From a virus: 64,000 nucleotides of DNA. The stretch's first letter is position 1, and each line of letters starts with the position of its first letter. The stretch lies in the IMG/VR virus record IMGVR_UViG_3300020473_000015, one strand, 5' to 3'. Below the pieces are notes generated by a model. It did no database searches and was not told where the DNA came from. It was given only the letters and a program-made list of their open reading frames with translations. Position numbers and translations under genes: made by a program. Below are positions 8,568 to 19,800 of the stretch, piece by piece.

Positions 8568-8791
8568 AAAAAAGAATTCACGTCAATCAACATATAATTC
8601 GTCGCAACCACAAGACAGGAGAAAGAGAACCAGTGTTGACAGTTAAGACGTACAAATCAAATGATTATTGCCACGAGGTGGTAATTAACGGTCCTTGTAA
8701 GGTTATATACTCTCCAGACAAACCATTATCTTGTGGGGCAAGAGTTTGGATAGAAACAGAAGCAGATTTGGTTTTAAAGGAAAACACATGA
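8564..8791 (+). CDS. conserved phage hypothetical protein
   Basis: IHVNQH..PVLTVK..GPCKVIY..PLSCGARVWIET pattern. Confidence 0.7.
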   Translation: MKKRIHVNQHIIRRNHKTGEREPVLTVKTYKSNDYCHEVVINGPCKVIYSPDKPLSCGARVWIETEADLVLKENT

Positions 8792-9129
8792 AAACATTAA
8801 TAGGAATTCTATTTTTCACTCTAGGTAATATAATAGCGTGGTTTCAGTTTAATTCACAGTTTGTTTGGGATTGGTGGAAAGATAAGCCAATGTTGTCAAA
8901 TTTCATTTTTGCCATTCCAATGGGTTTGTGTTTCTGGTATGCCATTAAATATATAGTGGAAGATACAGGTCTTTTATGGACTTCAAAGCTGATTGGTTTT
9001 GGGGTTTCTAATGTTATTTTCGCGGTGCTAACGTATTTTCTTTTGAAAGAGAGCATATTGGTCCCAAAGACTTTAGTTTGTCTTTTTTTGTCTGTCCTCA
9101 TCATTGGAATACAAGTAGTATGGAAATAA
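8788..9129 (+). CDS. small 4-TM membrane protein
   Basis: four hydrophobic segments; start taken at MKTLIG. Confidence 0.65.
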   Translation: MKTLIGILFFTLGNIIAWFQFNSQFVWDWWKDKPMLSNFIFAIPMGLCFWYAIKYIVEDTGLLWTSKLIGFGVSNVIFAVLTYFLLKESILVPKTLVCLFLSVLIIGIQVVWK

Positions 9130-9195
9130 ATAATAACTTTACTCTTGACAAACGTGCAATAAACGTGATAGAGTTATCACTCGGAGGTCGCAACA

Positions 9196-10563
9196 TTGAA
9201 TTATAGCGAACAAGAAGATTTCTCTCAATTTGGAAAGTCTTTCCAAGAAAATATGTGCCAAATGATTTTTGAAAGCAGAGGCTTTGCAGATCAAATGAAG
9301 GAGGTGCTAAACATTAATTTCCTAGAGTTTAAATACTTGCAAGTGTTTGTGCGATTGATTTTCAATTATAAAGAAAAATACTCAAGACAGCCATCTGAAT
9401 CTATAATGACAACGATTCTGAGAACAGAAATAGCAAATGAGAATGAGCTAATAACGAAGCAAATTCGTGACTTCTTTGCGCGCATGTCAAAGACCGAGGT
9501 GCAGGACGAAGAATATATTAAAGACACGGCTGTGGACTTTTGTAAAAAACAAGTTTTAAAAGAGGCAATATTAAAGTCAGTACCACTACTTAAGAAATCT
9601 TCTTTTAATGATATTCAGACGCTCATTAACAATGCTATGAAGCTTGGGAATGATAACGACGATGGATATTATTATATTGAAGATTTTGAAAAAAGGTTTG
9701 AAATTAAGGCTAGAGATCCTATCACCACAGGATGGAAAGTTGTTGATGGCTTGACTAAGGGAGGCATTGGAAATGGAGAACTTGGCGTGGTTATTGCGCC
9801 GACAGGCGCAGGAAAATCAATGGCCTTGGTGCATTTGGGCGCCCAAGCCGTTAAAGAAGGAAAAACAGTAGTTCATTACACTTTAGAGTTGGCAGATACA
9901 ATTGTTGCCTCTCGCTATGATAGTTGTATTACTGGGATTCCACTACAAGAACTTTTCAATAAAAAAGAGGAAATTTATGATGAAATTAAAGATATTCCAG
10001 GAAAATTAATTGTTAAAGAATATCCAACTAAATCTGCTAGAGTGGAAACACTTCGTAATCATTTAGAGAAGTTACAACAACAGGAAATTTCGGTTGATAT
10101 GATTATTGTAGATTATGGAGATTTATTACGCTCAAATTCTAAAAATGATGAGAAAAGACACCAGTTAGAATCTATTTATGAAGAGTTAAGAGGTTTGGCT
10201 CAAGAGAATTCATGTCCGATATGGACAGCATCGCAGACGAATCGATCTGGTTTAAATGCTGAAGTTATAACAATGGAGGCCATATCAGAAGCTTTTAACA
10301 AGTGTTTTGTAGCAGATTTCATTTTCTCTATCTCTAGGACTATTCAACATAAAAATAGCAATGGAGGAAGAATTTTTATTGCTAAAAATAGGAATGGACC
10401 GGATGGCTTGGTGTATCCTATATTTATGGATACCGCTAATGTTAAGATTGATGTACTTCCGCAGATTGAGACATTTGATGAAATCAAAAAAAGCGAAGTT
10501 AAAAAACAAGAGCAGAGTTTGCAAGAGAAATATAAAAATTATAGAAAAAAGAGGGGAAATTAA
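9196..10563 (+). CDS. dnaB: replicative DnaB-type helicase (T4 gp41-like)
   Basis: APTGAGKS, TLEL, IIVDYGDLL, TASQTNR, AKNRNG. Confidence 0.9.
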   Translation: MNYSEQEDFSQFGKSFQENMCQMIFESRGFADQMKEVLNINFLEFKYLQVFVRLIFNYKEKYSRQPSESIMTTILRTEIANENELITKQIRDFFARMSKTEVQDEEYIKDTAVDFCKKQVLKEAILKSVPLLKKSSFNDIQTLINNAMKLGNDNDDGYYYIEDFEKRFEIKARDPITTGWKVVDGLTKGGIGNGELGVVIAPTGAGKSMALVHLGAQAVKEGKTVVHYTLELADTIVASRYDSCITGIPLQELFNKKEEIYDEIKDIPGKLIVKEYPTKSARVETLRNHLEKLQQQEISVDMIIVDYGDLLRSNSKNDEKRHQLESIYEELRGLAQENSCPIWTASQTNRSGLNAEVITMEAISEAFNKCFVADFIFSISRTIQHKNSNGGRIFIAKNRNGPDGLVYPIFMDTANVKIDVLPQIETFDEIKKSEVKKQEQSLQEKYKNYRKKRGN

Positions 10564-12423
10564 ATGACAGATATAGCAAGACAGATTCTTTCAGACATCA
10601 CAGTACACATGAAATATGCACGGTATCTTCCTGAAGAACAACGAAGAGAAACTTGGGAAGAATTAGTAGATAGAAATAAAAAAATGCATGTAAAGAAATT
10701 CCCTCATATTAAGGAAGAGATTAATGAGGCTTATAAATATGTGTATGCCAAGAAAGTTCTGCCTTCTATGAGGTCCATGCAATTTGGAGGTAAACCAATT
10801 GAGGTCGCCCCAAATCGAGTTTTTAATTGCGCTTTTTTGCCAATTGATGACTGGCGCTCCTTTAGTGAAGTTATGTTTTTGCTTTTGGGTGGAACTGGCG
10901 TGGGATATAGTATTCAGGCGCATCATGTGGAAAGTCTACCGGAAATTCAAACCCCCTCTACTAAGCGCTCTCGGAGACATTTAATTGGCGATTCTATTGA
11001 AGGGTGGGCAGATGCAGTTAAAGTACTGATGAAAAGTTATTTCTACGGTGGTTCAAAAATTCGCTTTGACTACAGCGATATACGACCGAAAGGTGCGAGG
11101 CTTTTAACTTCTGGCGGGAAAGCTCCAGGTCCACAACCTTTGCGAGAGTGCTTAGTTAAATTAGAGGGCCTTTTATGTCAGAAAGAGACTGGTGATAAAT
11201 TAACTCCTATCGAAGTACATGATATTATTTGCCATATTGCTGATGCCGTCTTGGCTGGTGGAATTCGAAGAGCGGCACTAATTGCTCTCTTTAGTGCAGA
11301 TGATGATGAAATGATTGCTGCTAAAAGTGGCTATTGGTGGGAGAAAAACCCACAGAGAGGGCGAGCCAATAATTCGGTGGTCCTAATGCGCCATAGAATT
11401 ACAGAAGAATATTTTCAGGATTTGTGGGAGAGAGTTAAAGCTAGTGGCGCAGGAGAACCAGGGTTTTATTTCACAAATGATAAAGATTGGGGCACAAACC
11501 CTTGTTGTGAAATTGCATTGAGACCATATCAATTTTGTAACCTAACTGAAATAAATGCATCTGATGTGGAGACTCAAGAGGAATATGAGGCAAGAGCAAG
11601 AGCAGCAACATTAATCGGTACGCTACAAGCTAGTTACACTGACTTTCACTATCTCAGAGATGTGTGGAGAAGAAATACAGAAAAAGATGCACTCATTGGT
11701 GTATCTATGACAGGGATTGGTTCTGGAAAAGTACTTAAACTTGATATGAAGGCGGCAGCAAAGGCAGTAAAAGAAGAAAACAAAAGAGTTGCAGCGTTAA
11801 TTGACATTAAGCCAGCAGCGAGAACAACTTGTGTAAAGCCAGCCGGTACAACAAGTTTAACCTTGGGTACATCTAGCGGCATTCATGCGTGGCATAACGA
11901 TTATTATATCCGTCGTTTGCGCGTTGGTAAAAATGAGGCAATTTACACTCACTTATCGATATATCACCCAGAATTAATTGAAGATGAATATTTTAGACCA
12001 CATGATACAGCAGTAATTAGTGTGCCTCAAAATGCTCCAGAAGATTCAATTCTTCGTCATGAAACTCCTTTAAAACTCTTACGTCGAGTTAAGAAGGTTA
12101 GCAAAGAATGGATTAGGCCCGGACACAGTAGAGGACAAAACACACATAACGTTTCTGCCACAATAAGTATTAAGGAAAAAGACTGGGAAACTGTTGGAAA
12201 GTGGATGTGGGATAATCGTGACTATTATAATGGTCTAAGCGTGCTTCCTTATGATGGTGGCACATACAAGCAAGCCCCCTTTGAAGATTGCACAGAGGAA
12301 GAATATAATAGTTTAATTAAAACTCTAAAAGGGGTTGACTTAAAGAACGTTATCGAGTATGATGATAATACTGATCTCACTGGCGAACTAGCGTGCGCCG
12401 GTGGAGCATGTGAAATTAAATAG
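10564..12423 (+). CDS. nrdJ: class II (adenosylcobalamin-dependent) ribonucleotide reductase
   Basis: FNCAF, GGTGVG, TNPCCEI, KPAGT, C-terminal ELACAGGACEI. Confidence 0.9.
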   Translation: MTDIARQILSDITVHMKYARYLPEEQRRETWEELVDRNKKMHVKKFPHIKEEINEAYKYVYAKKVLPSMRSMQFGGKPIEVAPNRVFNCAFLPIDDWRSFSEVMFLLLGGTGVGYSIQAHHVESLPEIQTPSTKRSRRHLIGDSIEGWADAVKVLMKSYFYGGSKIRFDYSDIRPKGARLLTSGGKAPGPQPLRECLVKLEGLLCQKETGDKLTPIEVHDIICHIADAVLAGGIRRAALIALFSADDDEMIAAKSGYWWEKNPQRGRANNSVVLMRHRITEEYFQDLWERVKASGAGEPGFYFTNDKDWGTNPCCEIALRPYQFCNLTEINASDVETQEEYEARARAATLIGTLQASYTDFHYLRDVWRRNTEKDALIGVSMTGIGSGKVLKLDMKAAAKAVKEENKRVAALIDIKPAARTTCVKPAGTTSLTLGTSSGIHAWHNDYYIRRLRVGKNEAIYTHLSIYHPELIEDEYFRPHDTAVISVPQNAPEDSILRHETPLKLLRRVKKVSKEWIRPGHSRGQNTHNVSATISIKEKDWETVGKWMWDNRDYYNGLSVLPYDGGTYKQAPFEDCTEEEYNSLIKTLKGVDLKNVIEYDDNTDLTGELACAGGACEIK

Positions 12424-12432
12424 GAGGAAAAC

Positions 12433-12723
12433 ATGAGCAGTAGTTTAAAGCTAGTTGATGAAAACTTGAATGAGGAAGAGGCCAAAGAACAATACGTTGT
12501 TAATTACCTTAAATCAATGTTGGCTATTGAAGAGGCAATGGAACCATATAAGGAACAAAAGAAGGAATTGAGAAAAGAGTTCATTGAAAATGGCTGGCTC
12601 TCTAAGGATGATATTTGGGCAGCGGTCAAAGCATTTCGACTTTATGAAAAGGGTGCCGATATGGATGACTTAAATGATATGTTTGACGCCATTGAGCGCA
12701 AGTTTGGAGCTAAGGATGCTTAA
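12433..12723 (+). CDS. hypothetical protein, possibly DsbA/GapR-like DNA-binding
   Basis: size and helical IEEAMEPYKEQKKELRKE pattern. Confidence 0.35.
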   Translation: MSSSLKLVDENLNEEEAKEQYVVNYLKSMLAIEEAMEPYKEQKKELRKEFIENGWLSKDDIWAAVKAFRLYEKGADMDDLNDMFDAIERKFGAKDA

Positions 12724-12997
12724 GCCAGTTAATCGATATATTTTGATAGAAAAGGTGGAAGCTAAAGAGGAAAAAGAAGACTCTTTAGTTTTGGTGCCTG
12801 ATGAGTATAAATTAGCTAAAAAATCTTTGCATGGGGTGTATAATGTTATAGACGCAGCGGAGGATTGCGAAAAAGTTTTAGACTGCAAGAATAAAGAAAT
12901 TGTTGTGGATGAAACTATGGTACAAGAAATAGTATTAAGCAATAAAACTTACTATTTAGTACTAGAAAACTATGTCTATGGAGTTCATATGACGTAG
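12716..12997 (+). CDS. groES: GroES-like co-chaperonin
   Basis: MLKPVNRYILIE..(mobile loop)..KTYYLVLENYVYGV parallels GroES termini. Confidence 0.6.
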   Translation: MLKPVNRYILIEKVEAKEEKEDSLVLVPDEYKLAKKSLHGVYNVIDAAEDCEKVLDCKNKEIVVDETMVQEIVLSNKTYYLVLENYVYGVHMT

Positions 12998-13020
12998 TAC
13001 AACAAGCGAGGTACATATGA

Positions 13021-13716
13021 ATGGAAAACTTATCAAAGGCTGAAGTATATCAATTAGTAAGAGAAGCTATGGCTGAAAAAAATCTCATCAAAGAGATGAG
13101 TTCTTACAATAGGGTAAGAGGCCACATTGAAGGAGGACATCCATTTGTGATTATGTCTTCTGATAGGCACGAACGGAGCCAATCAGAGAATCAACAGATG
13201 TACCAACAAATGAAGCAGGATTTTGCTGCTGCGGGTTTTCCTTTTACCGAATTAAAAGGCGGCTTTAAGGAAACCACTAAAACAGAAGTAGATCCAGAAA
13301 CAGGCGAAGAAGTAGAAGTAGAATTGGATGAGCCAATTCATGTGACTGAAAACAGTGTTTTAGTCACGACTCATGGACGAGGAGAAGATGTAGAAGAAAG
13401 TAGTGCAGAATCTTTATTTGATACTGCCGTTGAGATCTCTCGGAAATACAATCAAGAGGCATTTATCTTTGGAGAGGTGGCCACAACATCAAGAGGTAAA
13501 GATGTTAAGGTTATCAATGCATATGATAAAGACGGCAATCAAATACAAGATTCATGGGCTGGCCCTTGGACAAGTGTAGAGACTGTTTCTAAAGATGCTG
13601 ATTTTTGGTCTAGGGCTAGCGGAAAACACTTTCAACTTAAAGAGTCTAAAAAGACTTCTCAGCCAAAATCTTGGTTTGAGGCTATGAAAAAAAGTAAGAA
13701 AGGATTGAAGTGGTAG
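13021..13716 (+). CDS. hypothetical protein with leader-like N-terminus
   Basis: LSKAEVYQLVREAM..LIKE; ENSVLV..KYNQEAFI. Confidence 0.7.
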   Translation: MENLSKAEVYQLVREAMAEKNLIKEMSSYNRVRGHIEGGHPFVIMSSDRHERSQSENQQMYQQMKQDFAAAGFPFTELKGGFKETTKTEVDPETGEEVEVELDEPIHVTENSVLVTTHGRGEDVEESSAESLFDTAVEISRKYNQEAFIFGEVATTSRGKDVKVINAYDKDGNQIQDSWAGPWTSVETVSKDADFWSRASGKHFQLKESKKTSQPKSWFEAMKKSKKGLKW

Positions 13717-14420
13717 AAAATTATAGGCGTAAAATTGAAATATTTAAAGATAATATTGGTTCTGTTGAGTACGTTTCCCATATGGGTAGTGATGTTACAA
13801 TTGTTAATTCCGCTAGGGTTAGTTTCGGTAAACACGTTGATGAAGTTAGCGACCGTGATCGCAAATTAATAAAGTATTTAATAAAGCATAGGCACACTTC
13901 AACACTAGAACATTGTGTTGTAACACTTAGATTTAAGGTGCCGTTGTTTATACGCTCTCAGCATCATAGGCATCGCACATGGTCTTACAACGAAATCAGT
14001 AGACGATATACTGATTTTAATTTGGAATTCTATGAGCCTAGAGATTTTAGAAAACAGAGCAAATCAAATCGTCAGGCGTCAGTGGACGAGAGTTTTGACC
14101 CAGTAATGCCAAGTGACATTTTAAACACTTTGGCATCGCACGTTGTTAAGGAACACCATAAAAACTCTTTGGCGCTTTATGAAAAATTAACTGAGGCTGG
14201 TGTTTGCCGTGAACAAGCTCGCGGTGTCTTACCTCAGAATTTATATACAGAATATTATGGCACTTGCAACTTGAATAACCTATTTAAATTTATTGACTTA
14301 CGCATTCACGAAGGTGCGCAATGGGAAATTCAGCAAGTGGCGAAAGCGGTCTTAGAGATAACCTCAGACCTCTTTCCAATTGCTTATGAGTCTTATCAAT
14401 CAGTAAGGAAAGGAGAATAG
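13710..14420 (+). CDS. thyX: FAD-dependent thymidylate synthase
   Basis: NSARVSF, HTSTLEH, RHRTWSYNEISRRY, REQARGVLP. Confidence 0.95.
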   Translation: MVENYRRKIEIFKDNIGSVEYVSHMGSDVTIVNSARVSFGKHVDEVSDRDRKLIKYLIKHRHTSTLEHCVVTLRFKVPLFIRSQHHRHRTWSYNEISRRYTDFNLEFYEPRDFRKQSKSNRQASVDESFDPVMPSDILNTLASHVVKEHHKNSLALYEKLTEAGVCREQARGVLPQNLYTEYYGTCNLNNLFKFIDLRIHEGAQWEIQQVAKAVLEITSDLFPIAYESYQSVRKGE

Positions 14421-14421
14421 A

Positions 14422-15012
14422 ATGATTATTGGAATTCTAGCAACGTTGGCAATTTCGGTTTCACCGCCGCCAACTTATGATGAGATTAGAGAGGCTGCTA
14501 TTTATGAGTGCCACACCAAGAAGTGGCAAGATGTTGATCAAAAAATTGTTGATGATTTAATTGAAGTTGAAAAACACTTTTTTAAAGAGTATAATATACC
14601 TGTGGAGTTGAGAGGAATGCTGCTTGCAGCCGCATGTAATGAAAGTGGATACAATCCACGAGCTAAAGGAGATTGGACTACGCGCAAAGGTCGAAGAATC
14701 CCATTGGCAAAAGGTATCGTACAATTGCACTCATGGTGGACAACTAAATATATTGTGGATCGCTATGACCACATACAGTCTTCACGTGCATGGATGCAAC
14801 ACATTGTCCACCAGAGGGGCAAAATTGACAAGAGAGGCTGGTGCAAAAGGCACAATAACATTAAAAAATGGGTTGTAGCGTGGGTACAAACGACACGTGG
14901 GCGATCTAATAAAGGAAACAACTTTCGTTGTTATCAGTCTCCATCACATTATAAACATCTTAAAAGATGGTATAGAATAATTGAAGATTTAAGAGAAGAG
15001 CCTGGATGTTAA
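14422..15012 (+). CDS. putative lytic transglycosylase (lysozyme-like fold) with signal anchor
   Basis: AACNESGYNPRA..KGIVQL resembles SLT motifs. Confidence 0.5.
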   Translation: MIIGILATLAISVSPPPTYDEIREAAIYECHTKKWQDVDQKIVDDLIEVEKHFFKEYNIPVELRGMLLAAACNESGYNPRAKGDWTTRKGRRIPLAKGIVQLHSWWTTKYIVDRYDHIQSSRAWMQHIVHQRGKIDKRGWCKRHNNIKKWVVAWVQTTRGRSNKGNNFRCYQSPSHYKHLKRWYRIIEDLREEPGC

Positions 15013-15034
15013 TTTGGGCAACGGGGAGAAAAAA

Positions 15035-15277
15035 ATGATTAAATACGTGATGATAATTATAGTTTTATGTTGGGCAACAGTCGCCCCAGCAAAAGAAGCA
15101 AATTATGAAAAGATATTGGCTGAGTGGTCTAGCCAAATCACCAAGCAGCGACACCATATCAATAATGAAAATACTGAAAAACACTCTAAGAAAAATCATT
15201 TCAAGATTCTAGAGCAGTGGAAACATGGTGTTGTAAAAATTCATCAAAAGGCACACACTTGCAAAAAAGAGGGATGA
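15035..15277 (+). CDS. hypothetical secreted protein
   Basis: N-terminal signal-like segment. Confidence 0.55.
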   Translation: MIKYVMIIIVLCWATVAPAKEANYEKILAEWSSQITKQRHHINNENTEKHSKKNHFKILEQWKHGVVKIHQKAHTCKKEG

Positions 15278-16006
15278 TTGCTTTTAACGCTCCCAAAACG
15301 TCATTTAGGCAGCGTTGTTGTAGGAGGCAATCTTTCTGCACTTCTCTATTCGCACACCAATAACTTACCATTAATAATAAACAAAATTAAAAAACCTCAT
15401 CGTTTTGAGAAAATTAATAATAAAAACGCCTTGGTTCAATGGCACAAATTATATTATTTGCTTTCAAACTCTGGCTTAAATCTACTGGGCGTAAAGGCAC
15501 AAAGCACTCGAATTAAAGAGGAAGAGATCAGCATTACAACTAGAGATGCACGCGTGATTAAATACACTTATGATAAGGCCATAATATTTGATGATGAAGA
15601 AGTATTTGGGCTACCAACCCCTCAAAAAGAAAATGAAGATTTTATAGTCTTAGACTGGATTGTTACAAAATCTTGCCAAATGCATGATCATGAATTTTTT
15701 AAGACCGATGATAATCTCGTGAAAGAGGTATATTTCTACCCATCCGAAAGAATTGATGGCAATCACACAAAAAAGAAAGACTTAGTTTCAATATCTTATC
15801 TAAATTCTTCTCAACTACAAGACTTTGAATATTCCGACACTTATGTAAAATTTAAAGTTACGGATATGATGAAAAAGGCTGGCATTGGAGGCAGAAAATG
15901 TGGTGGCAATAACCAGTACGCTTTAAAGCTAGAAGTTGATCGACGAGAAGTAATAAAAGCTAAGATGCACACATATAAGAATACTGAAAAATTGGAGTTC
16001 AAATGA
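15278..16006 (+). CDS. hypothetical protein with degenerate Rossmann-like start
   Basis: VVVGGNLSAL. Confidence 0.55.
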   Translation: MLLTLPKRHLGSVVVGGNLSALLYSHTNNLPLIINKIKKPHRFEKINNKNALVQWHKLYYLLSNSGLNLLGVKAQSTRIKEEEISITTRDARVIKYTYDKAIIFDDEEVFGLPTPQKENEDFIVLDWIVTKSCQMHDHEFFKTDDNLVKEVYFYPSERIDGNHTKKKDLVSISYLNSSQLQDFEYSDTYVKFKVTDMMKKAGIGGRKCGGNNQYALKLEVDRREVIKAKMHTYKNTEKLEFK

Positions 16007-16890
16007 TCGAAAAGGGAATACAACTCACAACCAGCTTTCATCTAGCGGGTATTGTACCGGTTGCTGGTCAAAAGCTAGATTTTAATTTTCCTTGGCACGA
16101 CTGCTTGCAGCCAATTTCTAGTAATTACTTGGCCATAGAGCGCGCCGTATGGGAATGTGCTTGTGCTGGCTGTGAAACTATTTGGATTGTGTGTCATGAC
16201 GACATGCAGCCTCTTATAAGACATCGCCTTGGAGATTTTGTTCAAGATCCTTTAAAATATAATTTACCAAGAAAAAGGGCACCAAAACAATTTGAGAGAA
16301 CAATTCCAATTTATTACGTTCCGATCCATCCAAAAGATAGAGATAAAAGAGATTGTTTGGGATGGAGTGTTTTATACGGCGCACTAACTTCTTATTGGTT
16401 AAGTAAAACAATAAGTAAGTGGGTTATTCCTGATAAATATTATGCTGCATTTCCGTATGGTGTTTATGACCCAGAATTATTGTTACCATATAGAAGTAAA
16501 ATATCTAGTAAAAAAGATTTTCACGTATCTTTTAACAACCAGACAGTAAAAGATAATGAATATTTGGGATTTACTTTCGATGCAGAAGACTTTAAAGAGG
16601 CTCGTAGAATTATTAGAAAAGAGGGCACTGGAGAGTTTTCACACTACAATGCATCGAAAAGAATCCCAGTAGAAGAAAGATGGTCAGCGAGATTTTTTGA
16701 ACTTGACAAAGTGTTTAGAAATGTTATAATGGAAGACGTTAATTTGGAGCTACCGTGGTATCACAATATAGGAAGCTGGGAAGGATTAAAAACTTATTTA
16801 GGAAGTGAAAATTCTCTTGACAAACCGGAGGGTGATGTGTTAGGATATCATGAGTGGAATTTGATTGGAGTCGATAATAATGAAGAGTAA
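16003..16890 (+). CDS. sugar-phosphate nucleotidyltransferase-like protein
   Basis: GIVPVAG..LQPI..AIERAV..AGCETIWIV; C-terminal YHNIGSWEG. Confidence 0.6.
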   Translation: MIEKGIQLTTSFHLAGIVPVAGQKLDFNFPWHDCLQPISSNYLAIERAVWECACAGCETIWIVCHDDMQPLIRHRLGDFVQDPLKYNLPRKRAPKQFERTIPIYYVPIHPKDRDKRDCLGWSVLYGALTSYWLSKTISKWVIPDKYYAAFPYGVYDPELLLPYRSKISSKKDFHVSFNNQTVKDNEYLGFTFDAEDFKEARRIIRKEGTGEFSHYNASKRIPVEERWSARFFELDKVFRNVIMEDVNLELPWYHNIGSWEGLKTYLGSENSLDKPEGDVLGYHEWNLIGVDNNEE

Positions 16891-19800
16891 AATACCTTTT
16901 GTTGGGTTACATGCACATAGTGGTGTTGGCAGTCCTTTTGATGGCTTGGGATATCCTCAAGAGCATATGGACTATGCGTATGAAAATGGCTGTGACGCAC
17001 TAGCGTTGACAGATCACGGAAATATGAATGGCATGGCATATCAAGTGTTACATGCAAAAAAGATGCAATCTGAGGGGAAAAACTTTAAGCCCATTTTTGG
17101 AGTTGAGGCTTACTTCTTGCCGAGCCTTTCTGAGTGGAAAGAGGAGTATGAGAAAGCTAAAGAAGACAAGAAGGCTAAACGCGGCTTAGATGCGTCAAGA
17201 TCGGCCACGACAATTGAAGATGAGGGCTCATCAAAGACCGCAGTTAAAAACATACTAAATCGACGACGGCACTTAATCTTGTTGGCTCAGAATCAGACTG
17301 GCCTTAACAATATTTTCAAGATGGTTTCTAAATCTTTCTCAAAAGAAAGCTTTTATCGCTTTCCTCGTGTTGACTATAAAATGTTGAAAAAGCACAATGA
17401 AGGTGTTATCGCAGCCAGTGCTTGTCTCGGCGGCGTATATGCTGGAGATTACTGGGAAAACCGAGATAATGGGCGCGATGCAGTATTGAGTGCAATGAAC
17501 AAAACCACAGAAAAGATGATAGATATTTTCGGTGATAGATGGTATGGCGAAATTCAGTGGAACAACATTCCTGAGCAACATGAGCTAAATAAATATATTA
17601 TTCAAACTTCTGGCAAGTACGGGTTTCAGCTTATTTCAACTGCCGACAGTCACTATCCCTCTGCACAGGCATGGAAAGATAGAGAGCTATATAAACGCTT
17701 AGGGTGGCTTGGTAAAGGCGGTATGCCTTCCTGGATGACTTCTGAGTTGCCAGACGGCGTTGAGGAAATTGGATACGAGCTTTATCCTAAAAACGGCGAT
17801 CAGATGTGGGAGTCTTATAAGAGGTATTCAAAAGAGTGCGGATTCGAATATGACGACGATTTGGTAATGGCCTCAATCAAAGAGACATACAACATCGCTC
17901 ACAACCGCATAGAAGCGTTTCTACCGGACAATACGGTAAGACTCCCAGACTTTGTAGTCCCAGCGGGTTTTACGGCCTCACAGGCGCTCTCACAGCTTTG
18001 TTTCGAGGGTCTAAGATCTCTGAACCTACAAACAAATGAAACATATACGGATAGACTTAAAGAAGAGTTAGAAGTTGTTGAAGATCGAGGGTTTAGTAAA
18101 TACTTCCTCACTATGAATGCAGTTGTTGATAAAGCTAACTCTGTGCAAATAACTGGCCCTGGTCGCGGTTCAGCAGCCGGTTCGCTAATTGCCTATGTCT
18201 TAGGGATAACACAAATTGATCCCATTAAATATAATCTTCTATTCTCTCGTTTTATGCGAAGGGATGCACAAGATTATCCTGATATTGATTATGATGTATC
18301 AGACCCAATGGAACTTAAAGAAATGTTGATTGAAGAGTGGGGTGGAGATAAAGTTGTTCCAATCTCAAACTTTAACACTTTGCAATTGCGCTCCTTAGTT
18401 AAAGACATATCTAAGTTTTATCAGATACCTTTTACAGAAGTGAATGGCGTTACGTCGAAGATGCTTAAAGAAGCAACTCCGTTGGCCAAAAAGAAACATG
18501 GAATTAAATCAGGTGTCTACACTCCAACTTTTGAGGAAGTGATGGAATTTTCAGAGTCTTTGAAACAGTTTCTCAATAAATACCCACATGTAGCGAACCA
18601 TATTAATGTGTTGTATGGTCAGATGCGCTCTGTTTCTCGTCATGCTGGCGGTGTTGTGATAGGCGAGGACTTGAATAAGTACATGCCATTGATTAATAGT
18701 GGCGGTGTCACTCAAACACCTTGGTCAGAAGGTCAGAACGTTAGACACCTTGAGCCAATGGGCTTTATTAAGTTCGACATTCTTGGACTCTCGACACTTA
18801 AAATGATCGAGGGTGCAATTGGCCACATCTTGAAGCGCCATCACGGAGTTGATAGTCCGACATTCAAGGATGTTAAGAGATATTATGATGAGTATCTACA
18901 TCCAGAAAAGATTGACTTGAATGATCAGAAGGTTTACGAAAACATTTTCCATAAAGGAAAGTGGGCTGGAATATTTCAGTTTACAGAAAACGGCGCCCAG
19001 AAATTTTGCAGAAAGGCAAAGCCTAGAAACATCATTGATGTGGCTGCAATTACATCTATCTATCGTCCCGGACCTTTGGGTGCAGACGTTGACAAACTCT
19101 ATGTGAAAGCAAAGAAGAATCCTGAAGATATTGTATATGAGCATGATCATGTAAAGGATCTAACAGAGGAAACTTATGGATTCTTGATTTTTCAGGAGCA
19201 GATTGCTTTGTTGGCACATAGGCTTGGCAAAGACTTGAGCTTGGATGAGGGCAATAAACTTCGCAAACTTCTTACCAAAAAAGGAACGGGAGCAGTTGCA
19301 AAACAAAAGAACAAAATAAAACTTAAGTTCGTTGCAGGTTGTGTGGAGAAGGGACTGTCTAAAAGTTGGGCAGAGAAGATGTGGAAAAAGTTTGAATACT
19401 TTTCAGGGTATGGTTTTAATAAGTCACATGCTGTTTCGTACTCTATTATCTCTTATCAGTGTGCGTGGTTGTTTAATTACTATCCAGCAGAATGGATGGC
19501 AGCGTTTCTTGACAAAGAGCCTGAAACAAGAAAAGAGAAGGCAATTAATCTTGCACAAAAGTTTAAATTTAAAATCGATCCCATTGATGTAAATAGGTCA
19601 GGGACAGTTTGGGAAATTGCAGAAGATAACAAAACCTTAATTCAGCCTTTGACTTCATTGAAGGGCTTGGGAGAAAAGGCAATTGAGCAGATCATCGATA
19701 ATAGACCTTTCAGCGCTATTGAAGAGTTCTTGTTTAACGAGAATATTGTCTATAGCAAGTTGAATAAAAAGGCTTTGGATGTTTTATCTCGCAGCGGAGC

